A stretch of 64,000 nucleotides of DNA from the human T2T-CHM13v2.0 reference genome, Homo sapiens (GCF_009914755.1 NC_060929.1), one strand, 5' to 3'; shown: positions 12,841 to 29,410, counted from the first letter of the stretch. The notes: generated from the letters alone by a model not told the origin. A program made the numbers and translations.

Positions 12841-14464
12841 TCTCTAAACTTTGCTTTCTTCATCTTTGTTTTAGCTTTTCCATCAGAAATTTAGAAATCA
12901 GCTGATTCACACTTAAAGCTGAAAGAGTGTATGCAAATTAGACTGAGTAGAACACATTCACTTAGGATTCATTTTCATCAAAACACCTGGGACTTTGATT
13001 CCAACACCTCAGTTTTTCCAGCATTCCTGGTAACAGGAGAGCAGATAGATGTTTCCTGTGCTTCCTTCTTAACTACCATTTAACATAGCATTTCCTCTAT
13101 TGACTTATTCTGAAACTCCAATTCAGAAAAAGAAAAAAAAAGGAGAGAGAAGGAGAAATAGATCAAGAAAGGGTTAATGAGTTCAGCAACTCTTTTCAGC
13201 TGCTCAACCAAAGACTTTTTCACTGTTTTTACAGACCATGAAAAAATAATTACCTGCTTCAAAACTTGTCTCAGAGAAGGGACATTTTTGTATTTTTTGA
13301 CTTGTATACTTTAGTGTCCAATTTTCCATTTATCATTCCACAGATCTCTGAGAATCCTCTATGTCACGAAAATTTATATGAAATTAGTACATGTTCAAAT
13401 TTTTTTCGACCAGCTGCATCCTCTCAGGTCCTCAAGGTACCTATCATTAGCACTTTACTGCCTCAAGCACTTATAGACTGGAATAGAGACATTACCATGG
13501 CCAATAGCAATTTATTTTATTGGCACCAGAAGAGCTAATTAGTCTTCATGTTCTAGCAACTACTACTCTGGTAACTGTTATTTTTTCTGGTTGTGGCCAG
13601 TATTTTTTTTTCCGGTAAGCATTTTTTTTAATGATTTACAGTAAAGAGATGACTGAAGAAAGAAAATCTATTAAGTTTTGAAGATAGAACCTGATAATAG
13701 CTCTTTCAGAAGCCAACAAAGCAGAGGGGTATATGTTAGCACATAGTCAAAGATTTGTTTGAAAACATGCTGGTGATATATTTCTAAACTTGCTAGTAAA
13801 TAATTTGCAATTTTGACACAAAACATTCTTTTGGTATAGGCTTCCACTGATAAATTGTTAATTCTAATTAATATATCAGATAAACTTGTGAAATGGGAAA
13901 GTTCATTAACTACTGAAGCATTTTAGACGATGAATAGCATGAAAGGTCATGTACCTAAATATATTACGAAGGCAAAAATTTTAATCAGAATATCCTTCCC
14001 AATTAATCTTGACCTAATATTTTTTAGTGCTTTTCCATTCTAATCTCTGTAGGCCTTTACCAGTGAGTATAAATGGAGGGAGATAAGGAAAGGCAAGAAA
14101 AATGATGTGAAGCAAAGAATATGAAAGAGGAATAAAAAGGTAGTGTGAAAGTAGCAGTGGTAAAAACATTCTACTAATCAAAACCTTTCCACGAGGGGAG
14201 AAAAAAAGTGGTTAAAACCCAAGAGAGCTGCATTTTACTTCATTTCTTCTGCAATTTCAAATTCAATTTCAATTTCAAATGTGGCATAATTTCACTCCAA
14301 GGTCTATTAGAAATGTCAAAGGCATAGTTATCACTGGCTTACTGCTATCTTGTTTATATTATGTGTCATATAATAGGTGGCCTAGTCCTCCTTCCATTGG
14401 TTGCTGTAAAGCTCAAAACAGAATATTCAGCCTACCTCTAACAAATGCACATATTTTGTAGTAT

Positions 14465-15339
14465 TGTTACTGGTATATGTTAGTCTATTCTCATGCTGCT
14501 AATAAAGACATACCTGAAACTGGGTCGTCTATAAATCAAAGAAGTTTAATGGACTCCCAGTTCCACACAGCTGAGGGGAACCTCACAGTCATGGCAGAAG
14601 ACGAAGAAGACCAAACGGACATCTTACCTGGCGGCAGGCAAAAAGGAGTGTGTGTAGGGAGCTTTCATTTATAAAACCATCAGATCTCGTGAGACTTATT
14701 CGCTATCACGAGAACAGCATGGGCAAGACCCGCCCCCATGATTCAATTACCTCCCACCGGGTCCCTTCCACAACACTTCGGAATTATGGGAGCTACATTT
14801 CAACATGAGATTGTGGGGGGCGGGACACAGCCGAACCATATCACAGTGGTAATCTGCATGGGTCTGCAGCAACCTCAATTCTTGCCTCCTCAGAAGAAAG
14901 GATTTGACTGAGGGGCAGAAGGAGAGGCTAAAGTAAGTTTTAAAGCAGGAGTGAAAGTTTATTAAAAAGTTTTACATAAGTGAGGAAAAGAAGAAAAGAA
15001 AGGAAGGTACACTTGGAAGAGGGCCTAATGGGTGACTTGAGAGACCAAGTGTGCCGCTTGGCCGCTTGACTTGGGATTTTATATGTTGGCGTAATTCCGG
15101 GATCTTGTGTTACTTCTCTCCACTCCTGAGATCTTATTGTGAAGCTGCTGATCAGTTTCAGATGTTTTCTATTAGGAGAATGCCGTTCCCTGGCACCAGC
15201 TGTGATCAATTATTACTTTAGGGAGACAGTTAACAACCACCTGACTATCACCTGAGGGTTGCCCAGCACTCCTGGTGTGTGGTGGGGGGGGAAGCCCTCT
15301 CCTGCCCTGTTCATACTTGACTAGCTACCTACTGTAACA
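14465..15339 (-). mobile_element. ERV1-class solo LTR (LTR9-like, tentative), with a THE1 inserted near its 3' end
   Basis: TG...CA termini; reverse complement of the LTR at 18972-19496; near-TSD gtat (14461-14464)/gtag (15340-15343). Confidence 0.85.
14476..14843 (-). mobile_element. THE1 (MaLR) solo LTR
   Basis: ttagtctattctcatgctgctaataaagacatacc...aaaaccatcagatctcgtgagacttatt...gacacagccgaaccatatca. Confidence 0.93.
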
Positions 15340-15620
15340 GTAGGCGTTTTATGTTTTAATTTCTTCCCTGGATTTAGTTTATTTTTCCTATATCTATTTT
15401 CATTTTAGTAAATGGTTTTTATCATATGTATTAATTAGCTGTTAGTGCATAACAAACCATGCCAAAACTCATCAACTTAAAACAAGTATTTAATGTCCTC
15501 AATAATCTATAGGCCATCTGCTAGTTCTTCTGGTCTAGGCCTGAATTGGGTGATCTCAACTAAGTTTGCCCATGCATCTGAGGTCAGCTGGAATGCTTTG
15601 TGGTTTCTGGCTAGAGTACC

Positions 15621-16105
15621 TGTGGTTTAATATGAAATATATGTGATTTTTGTCCCTGGTTCTTGTCACAGAGCTCCTAACATCCTTGGAATTTCCTGAT
15701 AGGAGTATCTTTTATATTCACAATAAGCCCCTTTGATAAATCTTGAATTTATGCTAATAAGGTTGCTTTGGGTGGGGCCCCTGGATGGCCCCAAGATGGG
15801 GCCAGTCACCATCAGAAAGACCAACTGAAGAGGATTAGAGGGTTGGAACCTTCAGCCCCACCCACTGACCTCTGGATCAAACTCTATACAACTCTGGAGA
15901 TCAAACTCTGTAAAAATTCTTGAACAAGACGTGACAGCCTTCAAGGTTGGTGAATATATCCACGTGTCCGGAAGTTGATGCACCCCAAATCCACTAAGAC
16001 AGCAGCTCCTGTGCTTAGGACCCTTCTAGGCCTTGTCATATGCATCTCTTCCTCTGGCTCTTTATTAATATCCTTTGAAATATCCTTTATAAAAAACTGA
16101 TAAAT
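15621..16105 (+). mobile_element. MER21-like LTR fragment
   Basis: gtcacagagctcctaa...cttggaatttcctga...gattagagggttggaac...ggacccttctaggcc. Confidence 0.6.
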
Positions 16106-18210
16106 GAGCAAGAAGGTGCAAAATGCTACTCTCCCACAAACACAAAAAAGGACCAACACAATAAGCAACTACATTTTGACCAGAGTGACTAAAGGAACGT
16201 GTCAAAGTATAGCAAGGGAGTGGCAGAAACCCTGTGGAGCACAGAAACTCAGGATAGCCCCAAGGAAAAAGGGAAGGAAACATCCACCTCCTCCACCTGC
16301 CTCATTTACCTGGTAGGGATCAGCTCACAACCAGGAGAGACTTCCCCCTGCAGGGAAAAGGTGAGTAGGAGGCTCCTAGCAGCCCCCATTACTGTGAAGG
16401 ACACCTGCAGTCTTTGCTACTGGAGGATTCTGCAGTCCTCACAGGCCCTGAGCCCAGCTTAGGGAGCTGCCTGAAGTTTTCATGGAAGCAATACTCCAGG
16501 GAAGAAGCCTGGATTGTGCCCCATTTCATATGGCCAGATTGTCACTGCTCATGCCGTCTTAAAAGTGGAGCCACTGCTAGAGGGCATCCTGCTCCAGGGG
16601 CCACTAGCCACTGATCCCTGCATCTCTGAGGATCTTCCATCGTTGCACCTGCTCACATACACGATGGCGCACCATTCCCCACCTGAGTTGCTGCAGCCAA
16701 ATTGCCTCAGAGGCACTCTATCTCCCCTAGCACCATTGCAGCTGTGCTCCAACCCACAGCTACTCAAAGCCTCGTACCTGCAGAGCAGCTGCTACTACCA
16801 ACCCCTGTGCCAGAACCAGCCCCTGCCTAAACCCCACGGGAACTGGAGCTTCAGCCCAGGGAAGCCGTCATGACCCTCATGCCAGAACCCATGCAGCACC
16901 CTACCCTCTTGGGACCAAAAGCACCAGCTCCACAGAGCAGCCACACCCATTGGAGCCTGAGTTGACTGGCACACCACTCCTTGGGGAACCAGGAGCTTCA
17001 GTCCAGTGGTGCAGTCACAAACCCAGCACCTGAGCCAACATAGTACCCAGCCCCCTTGGGAATCTGAGCTTTGGCCCAGCGAAGCAGCTGCACCCCAGGT
17101 GCCCCAGACAACTTGGTGCCCTGTTCCCTGGTGACCAGAAGTACTGGTCTGGTGGAGCACCTTTACCCCAAGCTGATACGGTGCCCCACCCCCAGAGAGG
17201 CCGAGCCTTGACTGGGCTGTGCCACCTCACCCTCTGGGCTGAACAACCCCTGGGCCCCAAAACCTGGATTAGCCTTTCCAGAGTCTGAGCTGCTGAGGCA
17301 CCCCACATCCCTGGGGAATAGAGTCATCATTGTGCTGCTCTCCACCCTCAGATCCCAAGCCACCACTGTGCCTCACTTTTCCTGAGTCCCTGCTACCACT
17401 GAATCTAGCCTTGCAGAACCGGGGTATCTGCTGGGCCTCACCTCCCAACATCCAGAGTCATCACAAGGCAACATCTCCTCCCCGGGTGCTCAAGTTACCA
17501 CTGTGCCGTGTTGGCTCTGAGACCCAAAGCTGTGCCCAGCTCCCCAGGGCCCAATCCTCTGGAACACCCCTTCTTCTCTGGAGCTGTGCTAGTGCTGCTG
17601 ACTGACTCCCAGGATCAGAGTCACAGCTGTTTCTCTACTCCCCGGGCCCAAGCTACTGGGGAGTGCCTCAGAGTCACATCCCATGGCCTTGTGGGAGAGC
17701 TGCATCTACCCATGCCTCAGAGAGTGAACTTGCACCCACAACACAGGTGCCATGGGATACCTAGTTTAACAGGACACCAAGCCCAGGATACCAGCTTCAC
17801 AGTCGCTCCTATGCCCTGGAATACAGTGTAGCTGTGACCGCTGTGGGTCATGTCAGACCAGACACCAAGAGGGATCTCTCCAACCAAGCCTCCCCACTGG
17901 GGAAAGAATGAGAATGAAAGGACAACTAAAGCCCTTGCCACTGAGAACCCTAACAACCGACACTTTCACTATCACTGCCATGAACTTCTACAGCCTTGGC
18001 CAGTGAGGTACCCACAGCCATTGCTGACATTGATCACAGTTGAAGAAGCTGAATGGAAGCTATGCTACTGTGCCCACCTAGAATCAGAAACAACACAGAC
18101 TGCCCTAGTGACACCCCAGGACCCATCTATAGGTAAACATCTTTCCCTATGGAAGCCACTCTAAATTTACAAGTGAATGTCCCACCAGATGTGCAGAGAT
18201 CAATGGCAAA
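16105..18210 (+). mobile_element. Old L1M/L1MA 5' UTR (GC-rich) up to the ORF1 start region
   Basis: GC-rich, CpG-depleted block ending in ctttccctatggaagccactc...ccaccagatgtgcagagatcaatg, as in L1M 5' ends; explains the many spurious ORFs here. Confidence 0.65.
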
Positions 18211-18516
18211 TGAAATAGTGCCCGTTATACAGCAGGTACGAAGGGAGCCAAATCCATATACAGTTTTAGCTGTCTATGGGGACTTTTCTCCTTCCTCATT
18301 ACCTGATGTACAGCAACAAGCCAGCTCACCTACACCAAGACATTTTGCAGAAAGACAGCAGAGCCTTGGAGCGTTTTTATCACTGTTCCTGGGATTCTCA
18401 GTATGCAGATCTTGACCCACCAAAGTATGCATTCTCCACAGCACTGTGCTGGGTCCAGAGGGCCTTTTTTCTATTTCTTTTTACTTGAAAGAGTAAGTAG
18501 GTGTTCCCTACCCCCT

Positions 18517-18879
18517 TGCTGTGGGCTAAATTTTGTCCTCCCCAAAATTCATATGTTGAAGTCCTAACCTCCAGTACCTCAGGAGACAGGATCTTTGAAG
18601 AGTTAATTACATTAAAGTGAGGTCATTAGAGTGATCCCAAATTCAATGGGGTTGGTATCCTTATAAGAAGAGGAAATTAGGAAACAGACACAGAGAAAAG
18701 ATCATGTGCACATACAGGGAACCATCTGCAAACCAAGGATAAAGGCCTCAGGGAAACCAACACTTCCAACGCCTACACCTTGGACTTCTAGTCTCCAAGA
18801 CTGTGATACAATAAAGTTCTCTTGTTTAAGCCAGACAGTCTGAAATACTTTATTATGGCAGCCCTAGCAAACCAATAGA
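18517..18879 (+). mobile_element. MaLR solo LTR (MLT1B-like)
   Basis: tgggctaaattttgtcctccccaaaattcatatgttgaagtcctaacc...ttatggcagccctagcaaac. Confidence 0.85.
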
Positions 18880-18971
18880 CCCATTTCAGACCAACATCCA
18901 AGTGTGGAGCTCACATTAGGAGGGATTTCCTCCCTCTTAAGGTGCTCTTAGCTGCATGTTCAGGCTGCTGG

Positions 18972-19496
18972 TGTTACAGTAGGTAGCTATAGCTAGTCAG
19001 GTATGAGCAGGGCAGGAGAGGGCTCCCCCCACCCACACACACACACCAGAAGTGTTGGGTCACCATCAGGTGATGGGCAGGCGGTTGTTAACTCGTGCTC
19101 TTAATTGGTCACAGCTGGTGCCAGGGAAGCAGTCCCCTAATAGATAGAAAACACCTGAATCTGGTGATTAGCAGCTTCCTGATAAGATCTCAGAACTGAA
19201 GTAAGGCAAGACCCTGGAAGTATGCCAACGTATAACACCTTGGGTCAAGATGTCAAGCCGCACACTTGGTCTCTCAAGGCACCCGCTTGGCCCTCTTCCA
19301 AGTATACTTTCCTTCCTTTCATTTCCTTTTTTTTAAAAAAAATTACTCAGCAAAGCTTTTTAATAAACTTTCACTCCTGACCTAAAACTTGCCTCGGTCT
19401 CCCTTCTGCCTTATGCCCCTCAGTCAAATTCTTTCTTCTGAGGAGGCAAGAATTGAGGCTGCTGCAGACCCATGTGGATAACTACCACCACTAACA
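18972..19496 (+). mobile_element. ERV1-class solo LTR (LTR9-like, tentative)
   Basis: tgttacagtaggtagct...ccactaaca; perfect 4-bp TSD ctgg (18968-18971/19497-19500); internal AATAAA. Confidence 0.88.
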
Positions 19497-20259
19497 CTGG
19501 CACAGACATGACCCTGGGTAACAACTATGAGAGATCCTGCACTCTCTTCTCTCCTTGTAAGTTACCATAACTAATAAACTTAGCTGTTACCAGCATCGTG
19601 TATTTTGGGGGCATGGATAATGTTGCATCTTACACAAGATGCTCCATAGATCTCAGCAGGATGGATAGATGGACACAAAAAAAGGTACTGTGTAAAACTG
19701 AAAAATGGATGAGGCCATTGTGATTTGTAGAAATTGATAAAGACAATGGATAGAAAATCCATCAGCCCTGCCAAGAGCAATATTTTACTTACTTATTTGA
19801 ATCTTGATTTGCTCTATCCTGCAAAAAGACATTTTTGATTTATACATTTAATGAAACCTGCACTGAAGCAGGAGAGTAACATCTCTGCATGAATTTTAAA
19901 CATCTGCTTCCTAGGATGAAATTGAAGGAACTTGAACCCCACATTTATTAGAAAATGATATATAATCCTAATAGATAGTATAATGATACTGAAATAAATA
20001 GGGTTCTTTGGAAAAGCACAAATCAGATAAAATGTTTCCCATAAGATTAGTCAGTGAGCTAAGAGTAAGTATTGAATCAAATATATACAATGGACTAGAA
20101 GACATAAATTACAGAAGAATATGCATTCACCAAGCTTAATTTTATAGTAGAATATTTTATAGTAGAATAAAAAATTATTATTAGCTATGAGATAAAATAG
20201 AAAAATAATAAGGCATTACCGAAAAAACTTTTTAAAAAATACCAGAGAGAACAAAGCAG

Positions 20260-20698
20260 TATCATTGGCATTCCCCAGGAACAAACTCTGAAATGGAGAT
20301 TTGCATCAAGGAATTTTATTAAGGAGCGCTCTTGAGAGCAACATCTGTAAGGGAGTAAAGGTAACAGGAATAGGCAGAAAGAAAAATTGAGTTGAGACTA
20401 AGTTGCAACAATGTCCTCAGTTGATCCCATTGGGGAATTATGCAACAAGGATGTTCCTTTGAGTTGTTTACCATTGAGAAAAGGAGCCAGAATGTTGATC
20501 ATCTCATTGACTAGTCATTGCATATAGGCTTGCCCTGGAGAGGTGGCATAATTTTAGGCAGCTTTCTTTGGCTGAGGACAAGTCTTTAGGAGGGACTCAA
20601 CTTTGAACCTTGAGCAGATATTGCTCTCAGCATCTTGGGGAATGACTGCCTTAGTTCTGATGGGGTGATCTGGGCAGTGCACTTTATCAACCACTACA
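20260..20698 (-). mobile_element. LTR16-family (ERVL) LTR, 3' LTR of a minus-strand provirus
   Basis: Resembles reverse LTR16 consensus (gagatttgc...ttattaagg...gggactca...gatctgggcagtgc...ccactaca); followed by cctcccttg, a polypurine tract on the minus strand. Confidence 0.7.
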
Positions 20699-23324
20699 AT
20701 ACCTCCCTTGCACTATTAATTGCTACTTGCTTCATAAATATGTTGACTTTATCATCAAAGATTCTAATTTGTTTTGTTTTGTTTTTTCCTAGAGAAATTT
20801 ATAAGAAGCTAGTGGAATAAACTATAAAACCTGTTACTGCTGTCTGCAAGGTTGCAACTAATATTCATCATCTTCCTCCTCTACTATCCATTCTAGACTC
20901 ACATTCTTCTTTAGCTAACAATGTTCCTGTCTACGTAGCTTACCTGGTGGGTAGATTCAGACCTTTATTCCTGAGAGGTTTGGAGCCACTGATCACCAAG
21001 CCCTTATAGGTGAACTTCTCCATATAGAATGGAATTCTCAAGTTTCAGTATATCTGGATGCCAGACACAACCTTTCTGCATTACATAATAACAGCCCTAC
21101 CAACTTTTCACAGTCAGAGTCACTAACTCCTAAAGGATATTTCTTTTCTTTTAAGCACAAGAAGCTCAAAGAAATGGGTGGCAGATATCACTTAAAATTT
21201 AATGGGACACCGTTTTATTAACTAGTAGCAAATTTCCCCCACAGGATAAAGACCTTTTATCCTACAAAGCCAAGAATTATGTGGCTCAGACATACAAACT
21301 CCCCCAAGTAGGTCACTAGGAGCAATGAGATGCACGTCCAATCCTATTGCCACTTTGGGTTCTCAGACAATATATTCTGCCTTTTGGAAACACAGCTCCA
21401 TAGAACTGTAACTAATTTAGTGTGTGTACTGTATTATGGAGGCTCTCACCCCGTTATCACAGGGTAACTGCATCTTCAAAAAATTTACTTCCGATGCCAG
21501 TTTCAGAATAGTCCAGTATATAATAGAATGTCTAGATATATCCTCTGCCTCACCTCCTTTGCTACAAATTTCATTCCTTGGTCCAATGTAATATTAAGCA
21601 GGATCATATGTCAGAAGATCAAATTCTCTATGAGCTCTCAGAGAGTGGTGCTGGCTCAGGCTCTGTGAGCAGGAGCTCACATATACCTAAAATATATGAT
21701 GGTTCCATTCAATGTCAACTGTTGTCTCTTCCAGGGCAGAACAGCTACATTGTAATCAACTTGCCACAATGTCCAGTTGGTCTTCTCAAAGAGTAACATC
21801 CTATAAGGAGCTCAGCATTGATCTCTAATTCTGGCCAACTGGCATTCAGCAAATGACCAGCCTTGGTGGGTGAAAGCTCACGTCATTGGGCTCATGTGCT
21901 GCTCCCTTCTCTGCCACAGTGGCTCATCTGTTCACAAGCCAACTGTGCCACCTCTGGAGTGGATGATAGTAATGCTGCCTGACATATGGCCAAGTCCTCC
22001 TATCTATGTTTATACCTATCCTGTGATTAATGCTCTCCAGTGGGCATTAAACATGGGATCCTAAGACCTTCACCCTATGCCCACTCCCATAAATCAATGC
22101 ACATGGCTTCATAAGGTGTCCCTGTCCTTGACATGCCAATCTTGATCCTTCAAGGTCCATTAACAGCCAGACAAGCCATTCACCACTGCTCTTGAGTCTA
22201 TATATACTCTAAGCTTGGGCTACTTCTTTTTTCATGCAACGTGAATGATAAAGTGTGCCTCACAAAGTTCTCCCCTTTAATTTTCCTTTATTGCCACTTT
22301 TCAGAACTACATCAGACCGAGGCTCCTGGGCAGCAGCAGTCCATTTTCATTTTGTACAAAATTACAGCACCAACCTATCCATAAACAATATTGGGCTATT
22401 TTCCTGCCTAGTTAGATGCTCTTAAGACACCCTTCCTGCAGCTCCAGATGTGGGCTAAGCAGGTGAGCTCAGGGAGAAGCACCTGTGCAACAGTGGCAGC
22501 TAATATGGGAAATGGGGATCCTTGCACACATACCTCACTTGTGCCTTTTGACATAGCTTGTACATGATTCAGGATGCATTGCTTTGACATTACTCTTATT
22601 AATATTTATTGCTACACATGTACAGTCTTAGAACTTGATGAGTTTGATAGAACCCAGTTTATTATGGGCACCTCTAGACAAATGTTCACTCAGTGTCACA
22701 TGACAAGTTGTTTTAGTTCTACCAGGACTCAGTAGCAAACAAAAAGCTTGGAAGGGTGCATACTTCTCTGATGAGAAATGCAAGGTCCTGCCTTCAGAAA
22801 TCTATGGATCTATACGCTAGTCCTCCTATTAGTCTTGATATAAACTCCACATGATACTTTTCCCATCAGGGACATATCTGTCAGATCGTATGGTCCCATG
22901 GAAAGCCTGCTGGTACTGCAACCTGGAACTGCTGCAGAGCCCATTTTCTTTTATAGTCTCTATTCAGGGATGGTAGCTTCACGTGTCATTGTGTACATTG
23001 GTCAAACCAATATTTTTAAGTTGTGGAAAATGCTCCCTCCAGATTCCAAAGATGCCTAGTAGTCATTTTGCTTTTCTTCTTCTATGAATTTTACTTCATA
23101 GTGGATGTTTCAACATATCCCAGACAACAGAAGCTCTTGGAAACATCAGTAATGCGGTGGGTCCTTTAATTGTCACAGAGTTTACCTCACTACCTCTGAA
23201 GTGAGTGTGTCTTCCTAGGACTTCAAGCACACTTGTCATTTATCTGGATCATAGATTTGTTTTGCTCTAAAACCCATTTGCATTGCTATCTGTTGGTTAT
23301 GGCCCCATGAAAATCACGTCAACC

Positions 23325-24232
23325 GAGGAGGAGGAGCCAAGATGGCCGAATAGGAACAGCTCCGGTCTACAGCTCCCAGCGTGAGCAACGCAGAAGACGG
23401 GTGATTTCTGCATTTCCATCTGAGGTACCGGGTTCATCTCACTAGGGAGTGCCAGACAGTGGGCGCAGGCCAGTGTGTGTGCGCACCGTGCGCGAGCCGA
23501 AGCAGGGCGAGGCATCGCCTCACCTGGGAAGCGCAAGGGGTCAGGGAGTTCCCTTTCCGAGTCAAAGAAAGGGGTGACGGACGCACCTGGAAAATCGGGT
23601 CACTCCCACCCGAATATTGCGCTTTTCAGACCGGCTTAAGAAACGGCGCACCACGAGACTATATCCCACACCTGGCTCAGAGGGTCCTACGCCCACGGAA
23701 TCTCGCTGATTGCTAGCACAGCAGTCTGAGATCAAACTGCAAGGCGGCAGCGAGGCTGGGGGAGGGGCGCCCGCCATTGCCCAGGCTTGCTTAGGTAAAC
23801 AAAGCAGCCGGGAAGCTCGAACTGGGTGGAGCCCACCACAGCTCAAGGAGGCCTGCCTGCCTCTGTAGGCTCCACCTCTGGGGGCAGGGCACAGACAAAC
23901 AAAAATACAGCAGTAACCTCTGCAGACTTAAGTGTCCCTGTCTGACAGCTTTGAAGAGAGCAGTGGTTCTCCCAGCACGCAGCTGGAGATCTGAGAACGG
24001 GCAGACTGCCTCCTCAAGTGGGTCCCTGACCCCTGACCCCCGAGCAGCCTAACTGGGAGGCACCCCCCAGCAGGGGCACACTGACACCTCACACGGCAGG
24101 GTATTCCAACAGACCTGCAGCTGAGGGTCCTGTCTGTTAGAAGGAAAACTAACAACCAGAAAGGACATCTACACCGAAAACCCATCTGTACATCACCATC
24201 ATCAAAGACCAAAAGTAGATAAAACCACAAAG
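23325..24232 (+). promoter_or_regulatory. L1 5'UTR internal sense promoter and antisense promoter (CpG-rich)
   Basis: YY1 site caagatggccg at ~23338-23348; CpG-rich; canonical L1HS 5'UTR sequence. Confidence 0.9.
23562..23777 (-). CDS. ORF0: L1 ORF0 (71 aa, antisense)
   Basis: MAGAPPPASLPPCSLISDCCASNQRDSVGVGPSEPG...RHPFL, uninterrupted; ATG at 23777. Confidence 0.9.
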   Translation of the reverse strand: MAGAPPPASLPPCSLISDCCASNQRDSVGVGPSEPGVGYSLVVRRFLSRSEKRNIRVGVTRFSRCVRHPFL

Positions 24233-25249
24233 ATGGGGAAAAAACAGAACAGAAAAACTGGAAACTCTAAAACGCAGAGCGCCTCTCCTCCTCCAAAGGA
24301 ACGCAGTTCCTCACCAGCAACAGAACAAAGCTGGATGGAGAATGATTTTGACGAGCTGAGAGAAGAAGGCTTCAGACGATCAAATTACTCTGAGCTACGG
24401 GAGGACATTCAAACCAAAGGCAAAGAAGTTGAAAACTTTGAAAAAAATTTAGAAGAATGTATAACTAGAATAACCAATACAGAGAAGTGCTTAAAGGAGC
24501 TGATGGAGCTGAAAACCAAGGCTCCAGAACTACGTGAAGAATGCAGAAGCCTCAGGAGCCGATGCGATCAACTGGAAGAAAGGGTATCAGCAATGGAAGA
24601 TGAAATGAATGAAATGAAGCAAGAAGGGAAGTTTAGAGAAAAAAGAATAAAAAGAAATGAGCAAAGCCTCCAAGAAATATGGGACTATGTGAAAAGACCA
24701 AATCTACGTCTGATTGGTGTACCTGAAAGTGATGTGGAGAATGGAACCAAGTTGGAAAACACTCTGCAGGATATTATCCAGGAGAACTTCCCCAATCTAG
24801 CAAGGCAGGCCAACATTCAGATTCAGGAAATACAGAGAACGCCACAAAGATACTCCTCGAGAAGAGCAACTCCAAGACACATAATTGTCAGATTCACCAA
24901 AGTTGAAATGAAGGAAAAAATGTTAAGGGCAGCCAGAGAGAAAGGTCGGGTTACCCTCAAAGGAAAGCCCATCAGACTAACAGCGGATCTCTCGGCAGAA
25001 ACCCTACAAGCCAGAAGAGAGTGGGGGCCAATATTCAACATTCTTAAAGAAAAGAATTTTCAACCCAGAATTTCATATCCAGCCAAACTAAGCTTCATAA
25101 GTGAAGGAGAAATAAAATACTTTATAGACAAGCAAATGCTGAGAGATTTTGTCACCACCAGGCCTGCCCTAAAAGAGCTCCTGAAGGAAGCGCTAAACAT
25201 GGAAAGGAACAACCGGTACCAGCCGCTGCAAAATCATGCCAAAATGTAA
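24233..25249 (+). CDS. ORF1: L1 ORF1p RNA-binding/chaperone protein, 338 aa, full length
   Basis: MGKKQNRKTGNSK...RYQPLQNHAKM; coiled coil, RRM and CTD with REKG, ARR and YPAKLS motifs. Confidence 0.98.
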   Translation: MGKKQNRKTGNSKTQSASPPPKERSSSPATEQSWMENDFDELREEGFRRSNYSELREDIQTKGKEVENFEKNLEECITRITNTEKCLKELMELKTKAPELREECRSLRSRCDQLEERVSAMEDEMNEMKQEGKFREKRIKRNEQSLQEIWDYVKRPNLRLIGVPESDVENGTKLENTLQDIIQENFPNLARQANIQIQEIQRTPQRYSSRRATPRHIIVRFTKVEMKEKMLRAAREKGRVTLKGKPIRLTADLSAETLQARREWGPIFNILKEKNFQPRISYPAKLSFISEGEIKYFIDKQMLRDFVTTRPALKELLKEALNMERNNRYQPLQNHAKM

Positions 25250-25288
25250 AGACCATCGAGACTAGGAAGAAACTGCATCAACTAATGA

Positions 25289-29137
<3,849 letters not shown>

Positions 29138-29410
29138 ACAATGAGATCACATGGACACAGGAAGGGGAATATCACACTCTGGGGACTGTGGTGGGGTCGG
29201 GGGAGGGGGGAGGGATAGCATTGGGAGATATACCTAATGCTAAATGACACGTTAGTGGGTGCAGCGCACCAGCATGGCACATGTATACATATGTAACTAA
29301 CCTGCACAATGTGCACATGTACCCTAAAACTTAGAGTATAATAAAAAAAAAAAATTAAAAAAAAAAAAAAAAGAAAATTAAAAAGTAAAAAAAAAAAAAA
29401 AAAAAAAAAA

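Noticed and set aside
16100-18490. Dense cluster of GC-rich ORFs suggesting a gene or CpG island
   Set aside because: CpG-depleted, best explained as an old L1M 5'UTR; ORFs occur in all frames without coherent homology
14465-19496. Single element with long terminal inverted repeats, or a provirus
   Set aside because: Each LTR has its own TSD; proviral LTRs are direct repeats; the interior is unrelated TEs
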